A stretch of DNA of 64,000 nucleotides from Minisyncoccota bacterium (GCA_040905715.1 JBBDRA010000003.1:7075-71074); one strand, 5' to 3'; shown: positions 1-9,227, counted from the first letter of the stretch. Made by a program: numbers and translations. The notes: generated by a model not told the origin, from the letters alone.

Positions 1-1
1 G

Positions 2-628
2 GTCGGTGACTATGTGGCTATGGGGGCAAAGTTCGCCAAGTGGCGCAACGTGGTTCACATAGGGAAAGACATTCCAACGTCGGAATGTATTCATACCAAT
101 GCTATCAATCTCTCTCGTTACGCCCGTATCTGCCAAGAAGGCGGGTTAGTACCGATCGTTGAGCCGGAGGTTATTCTCAAAGGCGATCATTCCATAGAGC
201 GAGCGGAAGAAGTTACCACCTCGATGCTCTCTGAGCTTTTCTATCAGCTCAAGCGCTACCGGGTTGATCTCTCGGCACTAATCCTCAAGTCGAGCATGGT
301 GCTTCCGGGCGACGAGCACGGTGAACACGCTGAGGCGAGCGTGGTGGCAGACGCAACCGTGCGCACGCTTAAAGCGACCGTGCCGAGCGAGGTTCCCGGC
401 GTGGTCTTTCTTTCCGGCGGGCAGGGTCCTGAAGAAGCGACCGCAAACCTCAACGCAATTGCCAAGCAGGAGCCACTACCGTGGGGTATAACCTTCTCCT
501 ATGCTCGTGCTATTCAAGGTCCGGCCCTCGAGGTATGGAAAGGCAAGAAGGAAAATGTTGAGCCGGCTCGCCAAGTATTCCTCGAACGCTTGCGCTTGAA
601 CATCGAGGCTGACAAGGGTGAGTTATAG
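2..628 (+). CDS. fba: Class I fructose-bisphosphate aldolase (5'-truncated by window edge)
   Basis: FAKWR, LVPIVEPE, LILKSSM (Schiff-base Lys), FLSGGQ, FSYARA motifs. Confidence 0.93.
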   Translation, partial: VGDYVAMGAKFAKWRNVVHIGKDIPTSECIHTNAINLSRYARICQEGGLVPIVEPEVILKGDHSIERAEEVTTSMLSELFYQLKRYRVDLSALILKSSMVLPGDEHGEHAEASVVADATVRTLKATVPSEVPGVVFLSGGQGPEEATANLNAIAKQEPLPWGITFSYARAIQGPALEVWKGKKENVEPARQVFLERLRLNIEADKGEL

Positions 629-658
629 GACTTTGATCTATCGCTAAATAAATTTTAG

Positions 659-698
659 GACAAACGCCTAAACGAGCGCTCTCGTTTAGGCGTTTGTC
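659..698 (+). terminator. 18-bp perfect hairpin downstream of fba
   Basis: GACAAACGCCTAAACGAG-cgct-CTCGTTTAGGCGTTTGTC. Confidence 0.6.
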
Positions 699-786
699 TA
701 TTGTGGTAGTTGACATTACCTCTCTCAGGTATAAAGTAGGCCATGGTGTTCATGAGGGCTTTGGGTACTTATCAGGAGTTACGATC

Positions 787-1185
787 ATGGCAGACGACTG
801 GGACGATATCGTTAACGCGTTGGCCACGTACATTCGAGAAGAGACGGCAATTCTCATCAGAGGGAAGGGAAAGAGGAAAGAAGGGTACAAGGTGTCTCCT
901 CGACAAGCGGTTGCCTGTGCGATCCGTTGGCGCGAGATCAAAGATGAAACGACCCCTGTCGACATTCAGACGCTGGCCGATTCGGCGGACGACGCGCTGG
1001 AAGTCTTCTATCGGGAGATCCCGGAGAGCAAGCTGAACTACTTCCTGTTCGATGTTCTTGAAATGTTCAATATCGAGGTTCGATCGAAAGACAGGGTTCC
1101 AAGGGACAAACTCCTGGAGATCGTTCAGGAGGTTGTGGCTAAGGTGAACCCGAAAAAGGGTGCACCCCAGGCAGTCGCCTCATAA
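787..1185 (+). CDS. Hypothetical protein (probable paralog of 1375..1824)
   Basis: ATG at 787 after CAGGAG, TTGACA at 710-715, terminator at ~1234-1265. Confidence 0.7.
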   Translation: MADDWDDIVNALATYIREETAILIRGKGKRKEGYKVSPRQAVACAIRWREIKDETTPVDIQTLADSADDALEVFYREIPESKLNYFLFDVLEMFNIEVRSKDRVPRDKLLEIVQEVVAKVNPKKGAPQAVAS

Positions 1186-1374
1186 AACGGTCTGACTCAC
1201 TGTCTGGCTCGTGGCGCTAGCTTTTCTTAGCGAACCCGCTCTCAACGGAGGGCGGGTTTTTTTTATTTATGTACGTCTATGAATTCTATGAGTCACTTCT
1301 TGACCTGCGGTTAGCATGCGTGTAGGTTGTGTACGGGATCGGTTATTTCAGTAACGTCTGACAAGGAGGCGGCC

Positions 1375-1824
1375 ATGAGCGTTAACGGTCAGCTTATATC
1401 GAACTCGTTTGAATTCGTTAAAGAAGAGGTGGGGCTTGAGCTTTCCCCGCGACAGTTTTTTGCCTGTGCATGGTTGTGGAGAGACCGGCGTGAGCCTGAC
1501 CTGACAGCATTACGTAATCAGCAAACAGGCGATCCGGCAGTGATCGCAGTGAGAAAGAGGCTAGGACTGTTGCCGGAGCCTTTTGAACAACCTCCACAGA
1601 AACCAAGAGACGCACGGGAGCTGGCGGCTCAAGCTGATCTGACCATCGGTGTCTTGTGTGGCACTGATGCGGACACAGGTGAGCCGTCCTGTGAGGATGT
1701 GGTCGAGCAGTTTTGCTTAGACCTTCTGAGTCGAATTTCAGAAAAAGCTCTCTTTGAGCTTGTGACATACGTGATGCTTAACATACAAGAAAAAAACGAG
1801 GAAAGGAAAGGAGCCAGGGTATAG
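1375..1824 (+). CDS. Hypothetical protein
   Basis: AAGGAGG SD before ATG 1375; terminator at ~1848-1880. Confidence 0.7.
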   Translation: MSVNGQLISNSFEFVKEEVGLELSPRQFFACAWLWRDRREPDLTALRNQQTGDPAVIAVRKRLGLLPEPFEQPPQKPRDARELAAQADLTIGVLCGTDADTGEPSCEDVVEQFCLDLLSRISEKALFELVTYVMLNIQEKNEERKGARV

Positions 1825-1912
1825 TGGTCGTCACCTAACCTGTAATTGCCCGTACCAGTAAAGTGGTGCGGGCATCTTTTATTACCAAAGGTATTTGCTA
1901 TACTAAAACGTT

Positions 1913-2833
1913 ATGTTTAGTAAACAATTTATAGTACTACTCCTGATCCTTGCCGGGAGTATTGGATTTGCCGGCTATACTTTTTATAGTCCACATCCGT
2001 GTCTTGAGCCACTTCGTTATTCTATCGGTCAGATCGACGAGGAGTTTGATATTGCCACTACAACACTGCACTCGATCCTGGCCGAGGCAGAAGAGCCGTG
2101 GGAGACTGCTGCCGAACGAGATCTTTTCGTATACGACCCGACCGCTGAATTCAAGGTGAATCTTCTTTTTGACGAACGACAAGAGTTTACGAATGAGTCC
2201 GTAGAAGTAAAAGAAGAGCTGGAAGAGTTGCAGACAGAGCGGGAAGAAGTGCTTGCGCGATATCGGTCTCTCTCAGTTCGGTATGAAAACGAAACCGAAG
2301 TGTTTGAAGCAATGCAGGCTGAGTACGAAGAAGAGCTTGCGGTGTACAACGAAGAAGTTGAGCGCTGGAACAGTCAAGGAGGAGCTCCTCCCGCTGTTGC
2401 CGAGGACCTACAGGATCAGCAACAGGAATTAGAGGCTCAGCGTCAGACGCTTCAGGAGAAACAGCAAGAGGTGGTTAGTCTTGTCGATCAGATCGATCGG
2501 GTGGTGGCTGAAGAGCGTGCGATCGTTGATAGATATAATGAAGCAGCGAACACGTACGATGATCGCCACGGTGAGTCACGGGAGTTTGAGCAAGGTCATG
2601 CAACACGCAATGAGATCAACGTGTACCAATTTATGGAACACACCGATCTGCGCTTGGTGCTTACACACGAATTAGGGCACACGCTCGGGATCGACCACGT
2701 GGAAGATCCGGAAGCAGTAATGAATCGCCTGATGCAGGCGCAGTCGCTTGATCCGATCACACTAACGGAAGCGGACACTGATGCGCTTGTCCAGGCGTGT
2801 GAAGATGCATCGTACTGGTTGTTCTGGAATTAA
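1913..2833 (+). CDS. Membrane-anchored matrixin-family (M10) zinc metalloprotease with coiled coil
   Basis: N-terminal TM helix, HELGHTLGIDH zinc motif followed by AVM Met-turn. Confidence 0.88.
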   Translation: MFSKQFIVLLLILAGSIGFAGYTFYSPHPCLEPLRYSIGQIDEEFDIATTTLHSILAEAEEPWETAAERDLFVYDPTAEFKVNLLFDERQEFTNESVEVKEELEELQTEREEVLARYRSLSVRYENETEVFEAMQAEYEEELAVYNEEVERWNSQGGAPPAVAEDLQDQQQELEAQRQTLQEKQQEVVSLVDQIDRVVAEERAIVDRYNEAANTYDDRHGESREFEQGHATRNEINVYQFMEHTDLRLVLTHELGHTLGIDHVEDPEAVMNRLMQAQSLDPITLTEADTDALVQACEDASYWLFWN

Positions 2834-2858
2834 GATGGCAACCAAGCAAATACAGCAA

Positions 2859-2898
2859 ATACAAAACCCGTCGCGCAGAGTACGACGGGTTTTGTATT
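2859..2898. terminator. Bidirectional intrinsic terminator
   Basis: ATACAAAACCCGTCG...CGACGGGTTTTGTAT between convergent genes. Confidence 0.75.
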
Positions 2899-2914
2899 GA
2901 TGCGGTCAGTCGGC

Positions 2915-3751
2915 CTAAACCTCTTTGCCGTAAACACCATCTAAAAGATCAAGATCTTTCTTGCTGGTGCGAAGGAGGTCGATGTTCTTTTCTTCAAATG
3001 CCTTAAGCAGAGCGAGGCTTTTCTCGTCGCCGACGTGCTGTTCGAAAAACTCACGCAAGGCAGCAAAGTCTTTAATAAAACAGTGTCCGCCGGCACCACG
3101 ACCTGAGTCGTGCACCGGGTCCATGTGACTGTCGCCAACCCGTGGGTCATGCGCCATTGCCTTCTTCACTTCGTCAAAGTCGCATTCGAGTGATTCGCAG
3201 AGGTCGTACATAAGATTCATGAAGATGACCTTGCTAAAGAGGAAGCAATTGCCGCCGTACTTGATAAGCTCTGCTTCTTTGGCAGAAACGATCCGCTCGT
3301 ACAGTGCATCCGGGAGCACATCGAGCACTTCTTGGGCACGTTTACGGTACTCATCGGTATCAATAGGAATACCGATAATGTTTCTCTTCGGGTGTGCGGC
3401 GTCGGTGGCGGCGCTTTTTTCTACTAAAAATTCCGGAGAGTGGAGAACGTAGCGGTCCGGGTACTGTGTCTGTATCGATTCGGTCGTGCCGGGCGCGATG
3501 GTGGATTTAATAACTGCTGTTTTGCCTGTGCCGACAAGTCCGATCACGCTTCGCAGGATGCTGTCGTCAAAACCATCAGGTGTAGTGGGTGTGGGGACGG
3601 CGATCAGCACAATGTCACAGTCAGCGATCGCATCTTTGTTTTGTTCAAATGGAGCTTCTTTAGCGTAGCGGACAATATTAAATCCACGATTCTCGAATTC
3701 GTCCGCGTAATTTTTGCCGATAAATCCTTGGCCGATAAATCCAATTTTCAT
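2915..3751 (-). CDS. UDP-glucose/GDP-mannose dehydrogenase family protein (short, no C-terminal domain)
   Basis: GQGFIG Rossmann motif, AVPTP, IKST, PEFL, GGHCFIKD. Confidence 0.88.
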   Translation of the reverse strand: MKIGFIGQGFIGKNYADEFENRGFNIVRYAKEAPFEQNKDAIADCDIVLIAVPTPTTPDGFDDSILRSVIGLVGTGKTAVIKSTIAPGTTESIQTQYPDRYVLHSPEFLVEKSAATDAAHPKRNIIGIPIDTDEYRKRAQEVLDVLPDALYERIVSAKEAELIKYGGNCFLFSKVIFMNLMYDLCESLECDFDEVKKAMAHDPRVGDSHMDPVHDSGRGAGGHCFIKDFAALREFFEQHVGDEKSLALLKAFEEKNIDLLRTSKKDLDLLDGVYGKEV

Positions 3752-3793
3752 GATGTGTGGTGGTTAGAAGTAAATGGTCTCTGTGCGACGGTG

Positions 3794-4771
3794 CTACGGG
3801 GTTGTGACCGGAAGTTCGGCCAAAGGATTACAGGCCTTGTGTATCGTTGTGCCGTTTTTCTGGCTACGGGCTGTTGTGGTGGATGTCCCAAGCAGTGTTT
3901 CTCTGTCGAGCGTGACTGTGGCAACAAGGCCGCACCGAACCGCCGGATGCCAGTATTGGTCGAAGACAAAGTTTCCAAGTGAGTACAGTATGAGGCCCTC
4001 GCCGTAGGTTTCTGTTGTTTGGACGACGTGGGGGTGGGTCCCGACAACAAGTGTTGCGCCGGCATCCACAAAGCGACGGGCAAGATCACGCTGAAATACT
4101 GTTGGCGTACTCTGATATTCCTCTCCCCAGTGAGCTAGAACCACTGTGTGGTCAGTGGTTTCGCCGGCGCGCTCAATCGCCGAAACCGTTTCCGCGCCTG
4201 ATTGGCCGGTGAATTGATTGTAGGCGATAAACGCTATTGAAACACCGTTGATGGTCGTGGTGGCGGCACGCGGTTTGTCATACGGATCGCCAATAAACTG
4301 TATGTCGGCTTGGGTGAGGTGGTGTTTTGTTTGGCGAACGCCGTCAGGGCCGAAGTCGGTGATGTGATTGTTGCCGATCGAGACAAAGCTGATGTTGTTC
4401 GCGGTGAGAAACGCGAGACTTTCAGGAGAGAAGGTGAAGCGCATATTGTTCTGGTCACCGATATAGGTGTGCTCACTAAGCGAGGGTGTGGTCGTGACCG
4501 GTCCTTCGAGATTGCCGAGAATAAGGTCGCTTTTGTTAAATACCTCATTGAACCCGACCGCTATGTTCTCGAAGCCGTGACCCGCTCCGGTTTGCGGGCG
4601 TGCTTTTTTGAGGATGTAGCGGTCGAGCATGATGTCGCCGACAAAGGTGAGCGTGGCCGATTCATCTCCGAGTGAGAGCGCGAGCGGAGAAGCGGGGACC
4701 GTGAAGAGGGGCACGCCAAGTATGGCGAGGGCACTTGTTCCAAAAAGAGAAAGTCTGAGAAGGCGGTTCAT
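3794..4771 (-). CDS. CapA/PgsA-family metallophosphatase-like protein
   Basis: VGDIML, GNLEGP, GNNH, HWGEEY, GTHPHV, YSLGNF motifs; N-terminal signal/TM. Confidence 0.9.
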   Translation of the reverse strand: MNRLLRLSLFGTSALAILGVPLFTVPASPLALSLGDESATLTFVGDIMLDRYILKKARPQTGAGHGFENIAVGFNEVFNKSDLILGNLEGPVTTTPSLSEHTYIGDQNNMRFTFSPESLAFLTANNISFVSIGNNHITDFGPDGVRQTKHHLTQADIQFIGDPYDKPRAATTTINGVSIAFIAYNQFTGQSGAETVSAIERAGETTDHTVVLAHWGEEYQSTPTVFQRDLARRFVDAGATLVVGTHPHVVQTTETYGEGLILYSLGNFVFDQYWHPAVRCGLVATVTLDRETLLGTSTTTARSQKNGTTIHKACNPLAELPVTTP

Positions 4772-4873
4772 TTTCTTTTACTATAATCAATACTATAACC
4801 AAGAGTGGCTGATACGTCGAATCACGGTGCATTTGGGAATAACACCCCTTACCAAGCGGTAAGGGGTGTTTAT

Positions 4874-4903
4874 TTGACAGGTGAACGAACGTTCACGTAT
4901 ACT
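4874..4903 (+). promoter_or_regulatory. lexA promoter with SOS box in the spacer
   Basis: TTGACA 4874-4879, TATACT 4898-4903, palindrome GTGAAC-gaac-GTTCAC 4881-4896. Confidence 0.8.
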
Positions 4904-4912
4904 GTATTTCGT

Positions 4913-5497
4913 ATGGGTACTAAAACAACCACCTATGAGAAGGCAGTTATTGAATTGCGGACGTTTCACCGTCGGCACAAACGCATGCCGAGTTTTGCCG
5001 AGCTTGGTGAATTGGTCGGGCTTAGATCTAAGAATGCGGTCTCGAAACTTATCTCGAAGCTTTCTGAGAATGGAGTCGTGGACAAGGATAGTACCGGTCG
5101 GCTTATTCCGCTCGATCTCGAGGGCGAGCTTAAAGTACTCGGCTCGGTCGAAGCAGGTTTCCCATCGGCAGCAGAAGAAGAACTTTTGGACACCTTGAGC
5201 CTCGATGAGTATCTGGTTGAGAACAAGGAAGCGAGCTTTCTTCTCGAAGTGAAGGGCGAGTCGATGATCGATGCCGGTATCCGCGAAGGTGACTTGGTTA
5301 TTGCCGAGCGAGGTGCAACACCGCGGTCGGGCGACGTGGTGGTTGCTGAGGTAGATGGCGAGTGGACTATGAAGTATTACCGCACGAAAGGATCGAAGAT
5401 CTGGCTGGAGCCGGCCAATAAAAAGTTTAAGCCGATCTATCCGAAAGAGGAACTGCAGATCGCGGCGGTGATAAAAGGAGTTGTTCGTAAATACTGA
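4913..5497 (+). CDS. lexA: LexA repressor (S24 peptidase)
   Basis: N-terminal wHTH (MPSFAEL..GLRSK), AG cleavage site (VEAGFP), GESM Ser, WTMK Lys. Confidence 0.9.
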   Translation: MGTKTTTYEKAVIELRTFHRRHKRMPSFAELGELVGLRSKNAVSKLISKLSENGVVDKDSTGRLIPLDLEGELKVLGSVEAGFPSAAEEELLDTLSLDEYLVENKEASFLLEVKGESMIDAGIREGDLVIAERGATPRSGDVVVAEVDGEWTMKYYRTKGSKIWLEPANKKFKPIYPKEELQIAAVIKGVVRKY

Positions 5498-5500
5498 TCT

Positions 5501-6709
5501 ATGCACATACTACACATTGATGGTGATAGTTTCTTCGCAAGCGTGGAGCAGGCGCGTGATCCGTCGCTGAAAGGAAAACCGGTCGTGACCGGCAAAGAGC
5601 GAGGTGTGGTCACGGCGGTAAGTAAAGAGGCAAAAAAGTGCGGAGTGGTCCGCGGGATGCCGAGCTGGGAGATCAGGCAGAAGTGCCCGGAGATACAGTT
5701 CGTACAGTCTGACTACCGTCTGTATTCAATGGTGTCACAGCGGATGTTCGCGATCGCTCGCCGACATTGCGAGATCGTGGATGAGTATAGTATCGATGAA
5801 TTCTTCGCGGGGGTGTCGGGCAAGAAAGAAGAAGCAGAGCGGGTGGCGTGGCAGGTTAAAAACGAGATCCAGCGCGAGCTCGGTATTACCGTGTCGGTCG
5901 GTGTGGCGTCGAGTAAGGTGCTAGCCAAGGTTGCTTCTAATTGGTCAAAACCCGATGGCTTTACTTCGTTCAAGGATGTTGATGTTTCTTCGAACCTGCG
6001 TCAGCTTAACTGCGAGAATGTTTGGGGTATTGGCTCGAGCACTGCGCTAACCCTTGCGCGTTTGGGTGTGCGTACTGCCGAGCAGTTTCGCTCGTGTTCA
6101 CACGGATGGGTGCGGGCGCACTTGAGTAAGCCCTACGAAGAGATCTGGTATGAGCTGCAGGGCGTGTCGGTAATGCCGCTTGATGTGCCGGCACGAACCC
6201 GCCGATCTCTCAGGGTATCGCGTACGTTCAAGCCTAGTGCGTCTCGGGAGACGGTCATGCGCGAGTTCTCGAGAAACGTCGAGCGAGCATGCGAGAAAGC
6301 TCGCCGAAAAGGGCTCGTTGCACGGCGGGTAAGCGTGTTCCTTAAAACCCAGCAGTTTGAGGGCGCAACCGTGGAGGTTCCATTGGTGACCGCGAGTGCG
6401 TCGTCTCACCAGATCCTTGACTGGGTTATCGATGCGGCGCATGAGTTGTTTCGACCCGGCACGGAGTATCGAGCCACCGGTATCGTGCTGGCCGATCTTA
6501 TTGATGCACAGCACCTCCAGGCTGATCTGTTCGGGGCGCACGAGCAGAGCACAGCCTACGAGCCGCTTTATACGGTGCTCGACACGATCAATCGCCGTTT
6601 CGGCGGTGGTCATATTGCGCTTACGTCCAGTCTTGGAGCTCAGGGAAGATCTGCTCCCTCGAACCCTCTCCGGCGCCTTTGGTTACCGCTCTTGGGGGAA
6701 GTGAAATAG
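5501..6709 (+). CDS. dinB: Y-family translesion DNA polymerase (DinB/UmuC-like)
   Basis: HIDGDSFFASVE, YSIDE, SKVLAKVAS..KPDG, VWGIG, C-terminal QADLF clamp motif. Confidence 0.9.
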   Translation: MHILHIDGDSFFASVEQARDPSLKGKPVVTGKERGVVTAVSKEAKKCGVVRGMPSWEIRQKCPEIQFVQSDYRLYSMVSQRMFAIARRHCEIVDEYSIDEFFAGVSGKKEEAERVAWQVKNEIQRELGITVSVGVASSKVLAKVASNWSKPDGFTSFKDVDVSSNLRQLNCENVWGIGSSTALTLARLGVRTAEQFRSCSHGWVRAHLSKPYEEIWYELQGVSVMPLDVPARTRRSLRVSRTFKPSASRETVMREFSRNVERACEKARRKGLVARRVSVFLKTQQFEGATVEVPLVTASASSHQILDWVIDAAHELFRPGTEYRATGIVLADLIDAQHLQADLFGAHEQSTAYEPLYTVLDTINRRFGGGHIALTSSLGAQGRSAPSNPLRRLWLPLLGEVK

Positions 6710-6718
6710 GTCTGTCGG

Positions 6719-6768
6719 GAACTCTATGGCTAGCTCTAGAGCCAGCTCTAGAGTTAGCTATAGAGTTC
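6719..6768. repeat. 24-bp inverted repeat built from ~12-nt units
   Basis: GAACTCTATGGCTAGCTCTAGAGC-ca-GCTCTAGAGTTAGCTATAGAGTTC (22/24). Confidence 0.8.
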
Positions 6769-7059
6769 GTGCTTTACCGTCTCCGGGTCCTTTGTATAGA
6801 CGTAAAATTGTTGAAGTGCGCCGGTTCCTTGAACCTTGACGATAAGGCCGGCTCCTTGCCTGCCGTCGGGTAGGCTGATCGGAAGGCACTTTATTCTTGG
6901 CGTGCGAGAGCGGTTTGACTCGATCGGGCCGATAACGATCTTGGTAACCGAATCGAGTTTACGGATACGGTCGAGCACCGCCAGCGCGTCCTGGATGACG
7001 GTCTGGTGGGTTGTGGTGATCTTCGGATCAGCAGATAGTTTGTTGCGGGGAGTGGTCAT
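6754..7059 (-). CDS. Small protein, DUF2103-like
   Basis: KITTTHQTVI, KIVIGPI, GLIVKVQGTGALQQFYVYT pattern. Confidence 0.65.
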   Translation of the reverse strand: MTTPRNKLSADPKITTTHQTVIQDALAVLDRIRKLDSVTKIVIGPIESNRSRTPRIKCLPISLPDGRQGAGLIVKVQGTGALQQFYVYTKDPETVKHELYS

Positions 7060-7112
7060 GGGCTAGAAGTGTATATGCTACACTACACGTTGTTAAATCG
7101 ATTGCAATACGT

Positions 7113-7808
7113 ATGGCTTACCCAACAAGATTGATAAAGAAGGAGATCGTGGCAGAGGGAACGATTGTACTTCATCTAAAAAAACCTGAAGAGTTTTCCT
7201 TCAAGCCGGGTCAGCATATTGATCTGGGTATAGAAAATATGAGCGAGAGCGATGATCTGGGTAGCGTTCGAACTCTTTCGCTCGTGAGTGCGCCGCATGA
7301 AGACGAGCTAGCAGTGGCGACATGTCTTCGCAACACGGCTTTTAAGCGTGAGTTGCAGAAACTCGAGGTGGGTGCAGATAATCTCTCGATCGACGGGCCG
7401 TTCGGGAATATGACACTACATTCACGCAGTGAACGGCCGGCAGTGATGCTTGCCGGCGGTATCGGCATTACGCCGTTCGTTTCGATGATCCGCCATGCCG
7501 AGCACGAGAATCTGCCGCACACCATTACTGTACTGTATTCCGCTCATACAGCCAAAGACACGCCGTTTCTCGAAGAGCTTTCCGAAACAGCGGTGCGCAC
7601 TGATCGTCTCGCGTTGGTCTCAACGTTAACGCAGGAGGACGGGAAGAGAATCGATGAAGACCTGATTCGAGCGAGTGTGGAGAACATTGCTGACAGCGTG
7701 TACTATCTGGCCGGTCCGCCGAAGTTCGTCAAAGCGATGCAGGATCTGCTTGAGCGTATGGGTGTTGTGGACGATGATGTGCGATTTGAAGAATTTGCCG
7801 GATACTGA
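7113..7808 (+). CDS. FAD/NAD(P)-binding ferredoxin-reductase-like oxidoreductase
   Basis: FKPGQ, RTLSLVSAP, GPFG, AGGIGITP, YLAGPP, EEF. Confidence 0.9.
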   Translation: MAYPTRLIKKEIVAEGTIVLHLKKPEEFSFKPGQHIDLGIENMSESDDLGSVRTLSLVSAPHEDELAVATCLRNTAFKRELQKLEVGADNLSIDGPFGNMTLHSRSERPAVMLAGGIGITPFVSMIRHAEHENLPHTITVLYSAHTAKDTPFLEELSETAVRTDRLALVSTLTQEDGKRIDEDLIRASVENIADSVYYLAGPPKFVKAMQDLLERMGVVDDDVRFEEFAGY

Positions 7809-7895
7809 GTTAGGCTCTGGTATTAGGTGTTAGACCTCGTCCGGCAAAGCCGGTTGGGGCTGTTTTTATGGTGAGGTTTGGTATACTAATGAGCA

Positions 7896-8426
7896 ATGGG
7901 CAGAAAACTTGTATACACAGTACTAGGTATTTCGGTTGTCGTATTTCTTTTTGCGGTCGTCTTTTTGCTGTTCTCAGATCAGCAAAGTGAAACTTCGGAT
8001 CTGGAATTTGAGACGGTGAGCACATCAACAGATACCGAGGATGGGTCGAGTAGTGAAACTGATGTTCCTGAAGGTGTTGGATCACAAGCAACTACTACAG
8101 TTAACGCGGATGTATTTGATGAAGAGAAGGCACAAGGAAGCTGTGTGAGTGAGCATGAGGAAGAACTTGAGGAACAGAACTACACCGAAGGGAGTCTTTT
8201 GGTCGCGTTCGAATCTGATATTGAATTTAATGACGCGAGACGGATCATCGAGGTGGAGGGCGCTTCGTTTGGCGATGAGGATTCCGCCGAGTCCTCGTTT
8301 GATGATCAGGGTTGGCTCGAGGTTTCGGTAACCGAAGGCGAGGAGGCACGGTATATGTGCCGATTTGAACGGTATCCGGAAGTGCGAAGCGTTCGGGCTA
8401 ACATGGTTTTTGAATTGCACGAATAA
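7896..8426 (+). CDS. Membrane-anchored acidic protein, possible peptidase-propeptide-like C-terminal domain
   Basis: N-terminal TM; TATACT 8 nt before ATG. Confidence 0.7.
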   Translation: MGRKLVYTVLGISVVVFLFAVVFLLFSDQQSETSDLEFETVSTSTDTEDGSSSETDVPEGVGSQATTTVNADVFDEEKAQGSCVSEHEEELEEQNYTEGSLLVAFESDIEFNDARRIIEVEGASFGDEDSAESSFDDQGWLEVSVTEGEEARYMCRFERYPEVRSVRANMVFELHE

Positions 8427-8436
8427 AGAGTGTGTC

Positions 8437-8505
8437 GCAACATGGTATGTGTTCTTAAAGCCCAGATCCTACGCCCAACCACTTTAAGAACACATGCCAT
8501 GTTGC
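8437..8505. repeat. 24-bp inverted repeat (MITE/REP-like)
   Basis: GCAACATGGTATGTGTTCTTAAAG-21 nt-CTTTAAGAACACATGCCATGTTGC (23/24). Confidence 0.85.
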
Positions 8506-8578
8506 TTAGGAGAGAGGGTAGGAAAAACATCCTGTTAGGGAACAGATGAGAGGAGAAGAGATTAAAATACTATAGACT

Positions 8579-9058
8579 ATGACATTTTTTAGATCGTTTT
8601 TTAATGAGTTCAAGCAGTTCGCACTGAAAGGGAGCGTGGTCGATCTGGCGGTCGGTATCGTTATCGGTGCGGCGTTTAACAGTATTGTTACATCTCTTGT
8701 TAATGACATTATCACGCCACCGCTTGGGCTACTTATCGGTCGCGTTGATTTTTCAAATTTGTACGTGAATCTTTCCGGAATTGAGTACGATAGCTTTGCG
8801 GCCGCTCAAGCAGCCGGCGCCCCGACGATCAATTACGGATCATTCTTTAATTCATTGTTCAGTTTTGTATTGATGGCCCTTGCGGTGTTCGTGCTTGTGA
8901 AGGTGATCAATCGCCTTCGTGCACAGGAAGCGAAAGATCCTAAAACAACACCGTCGGTGCGCGCCTGTCCGTACTGCTTTAAAGAGGTGTCACGAAAAGC
9001 GATCAAATGTCCCTTCTGTACAGCTGACATTAAGCCGCTCAAAGATGACGCGGTGTAA
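8579..9058 (+). CDS. mscL: Large-conductance mechanosensitive channel with C-terminal Zn ribbon
   Basis: [24 protein letters not shown]; CPYC...CPFC. Confidence 0.95.
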   Translation: MTFFRSFFNEFKQFALKGSVVDLAVGIVIGAAFNSIVTSLVNDIITPPLGLLIGRVDFSNLYVNLSGIEYDSFAAAQAAGAPTINYGSFFNSLFSFVLMALAVFVLVKVINRLRAQEAKDPKTTPSVRACPYCFKEVSRKAIKCPFCTADIKPLKDDAV

Positions 9059-9227
9059 GCAGAGCTTGCTCCAACTGCACTCGCGAGTCATGCGAGAATG
9101 CAATCTTCGCCTTCGCTCGGATAAAGACGTGAGTGAACCCGCCTACCGGAAGGCAGCCCCCCCCACTTTATCCTCGTTTGCCGAAGATTGCGCTCTCGCG
9201 CGACCTCACTCGTTTGTTGCAGTAAGT
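9055..9227. repeat. Nested palindromic intergenic element
   Basis: Nested stems (GCAATCTTCG/CGAAGATTGC, GGATAAAG/CTTTATCC); 5' end similar to 61793-61820. Confidence 0.7.
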
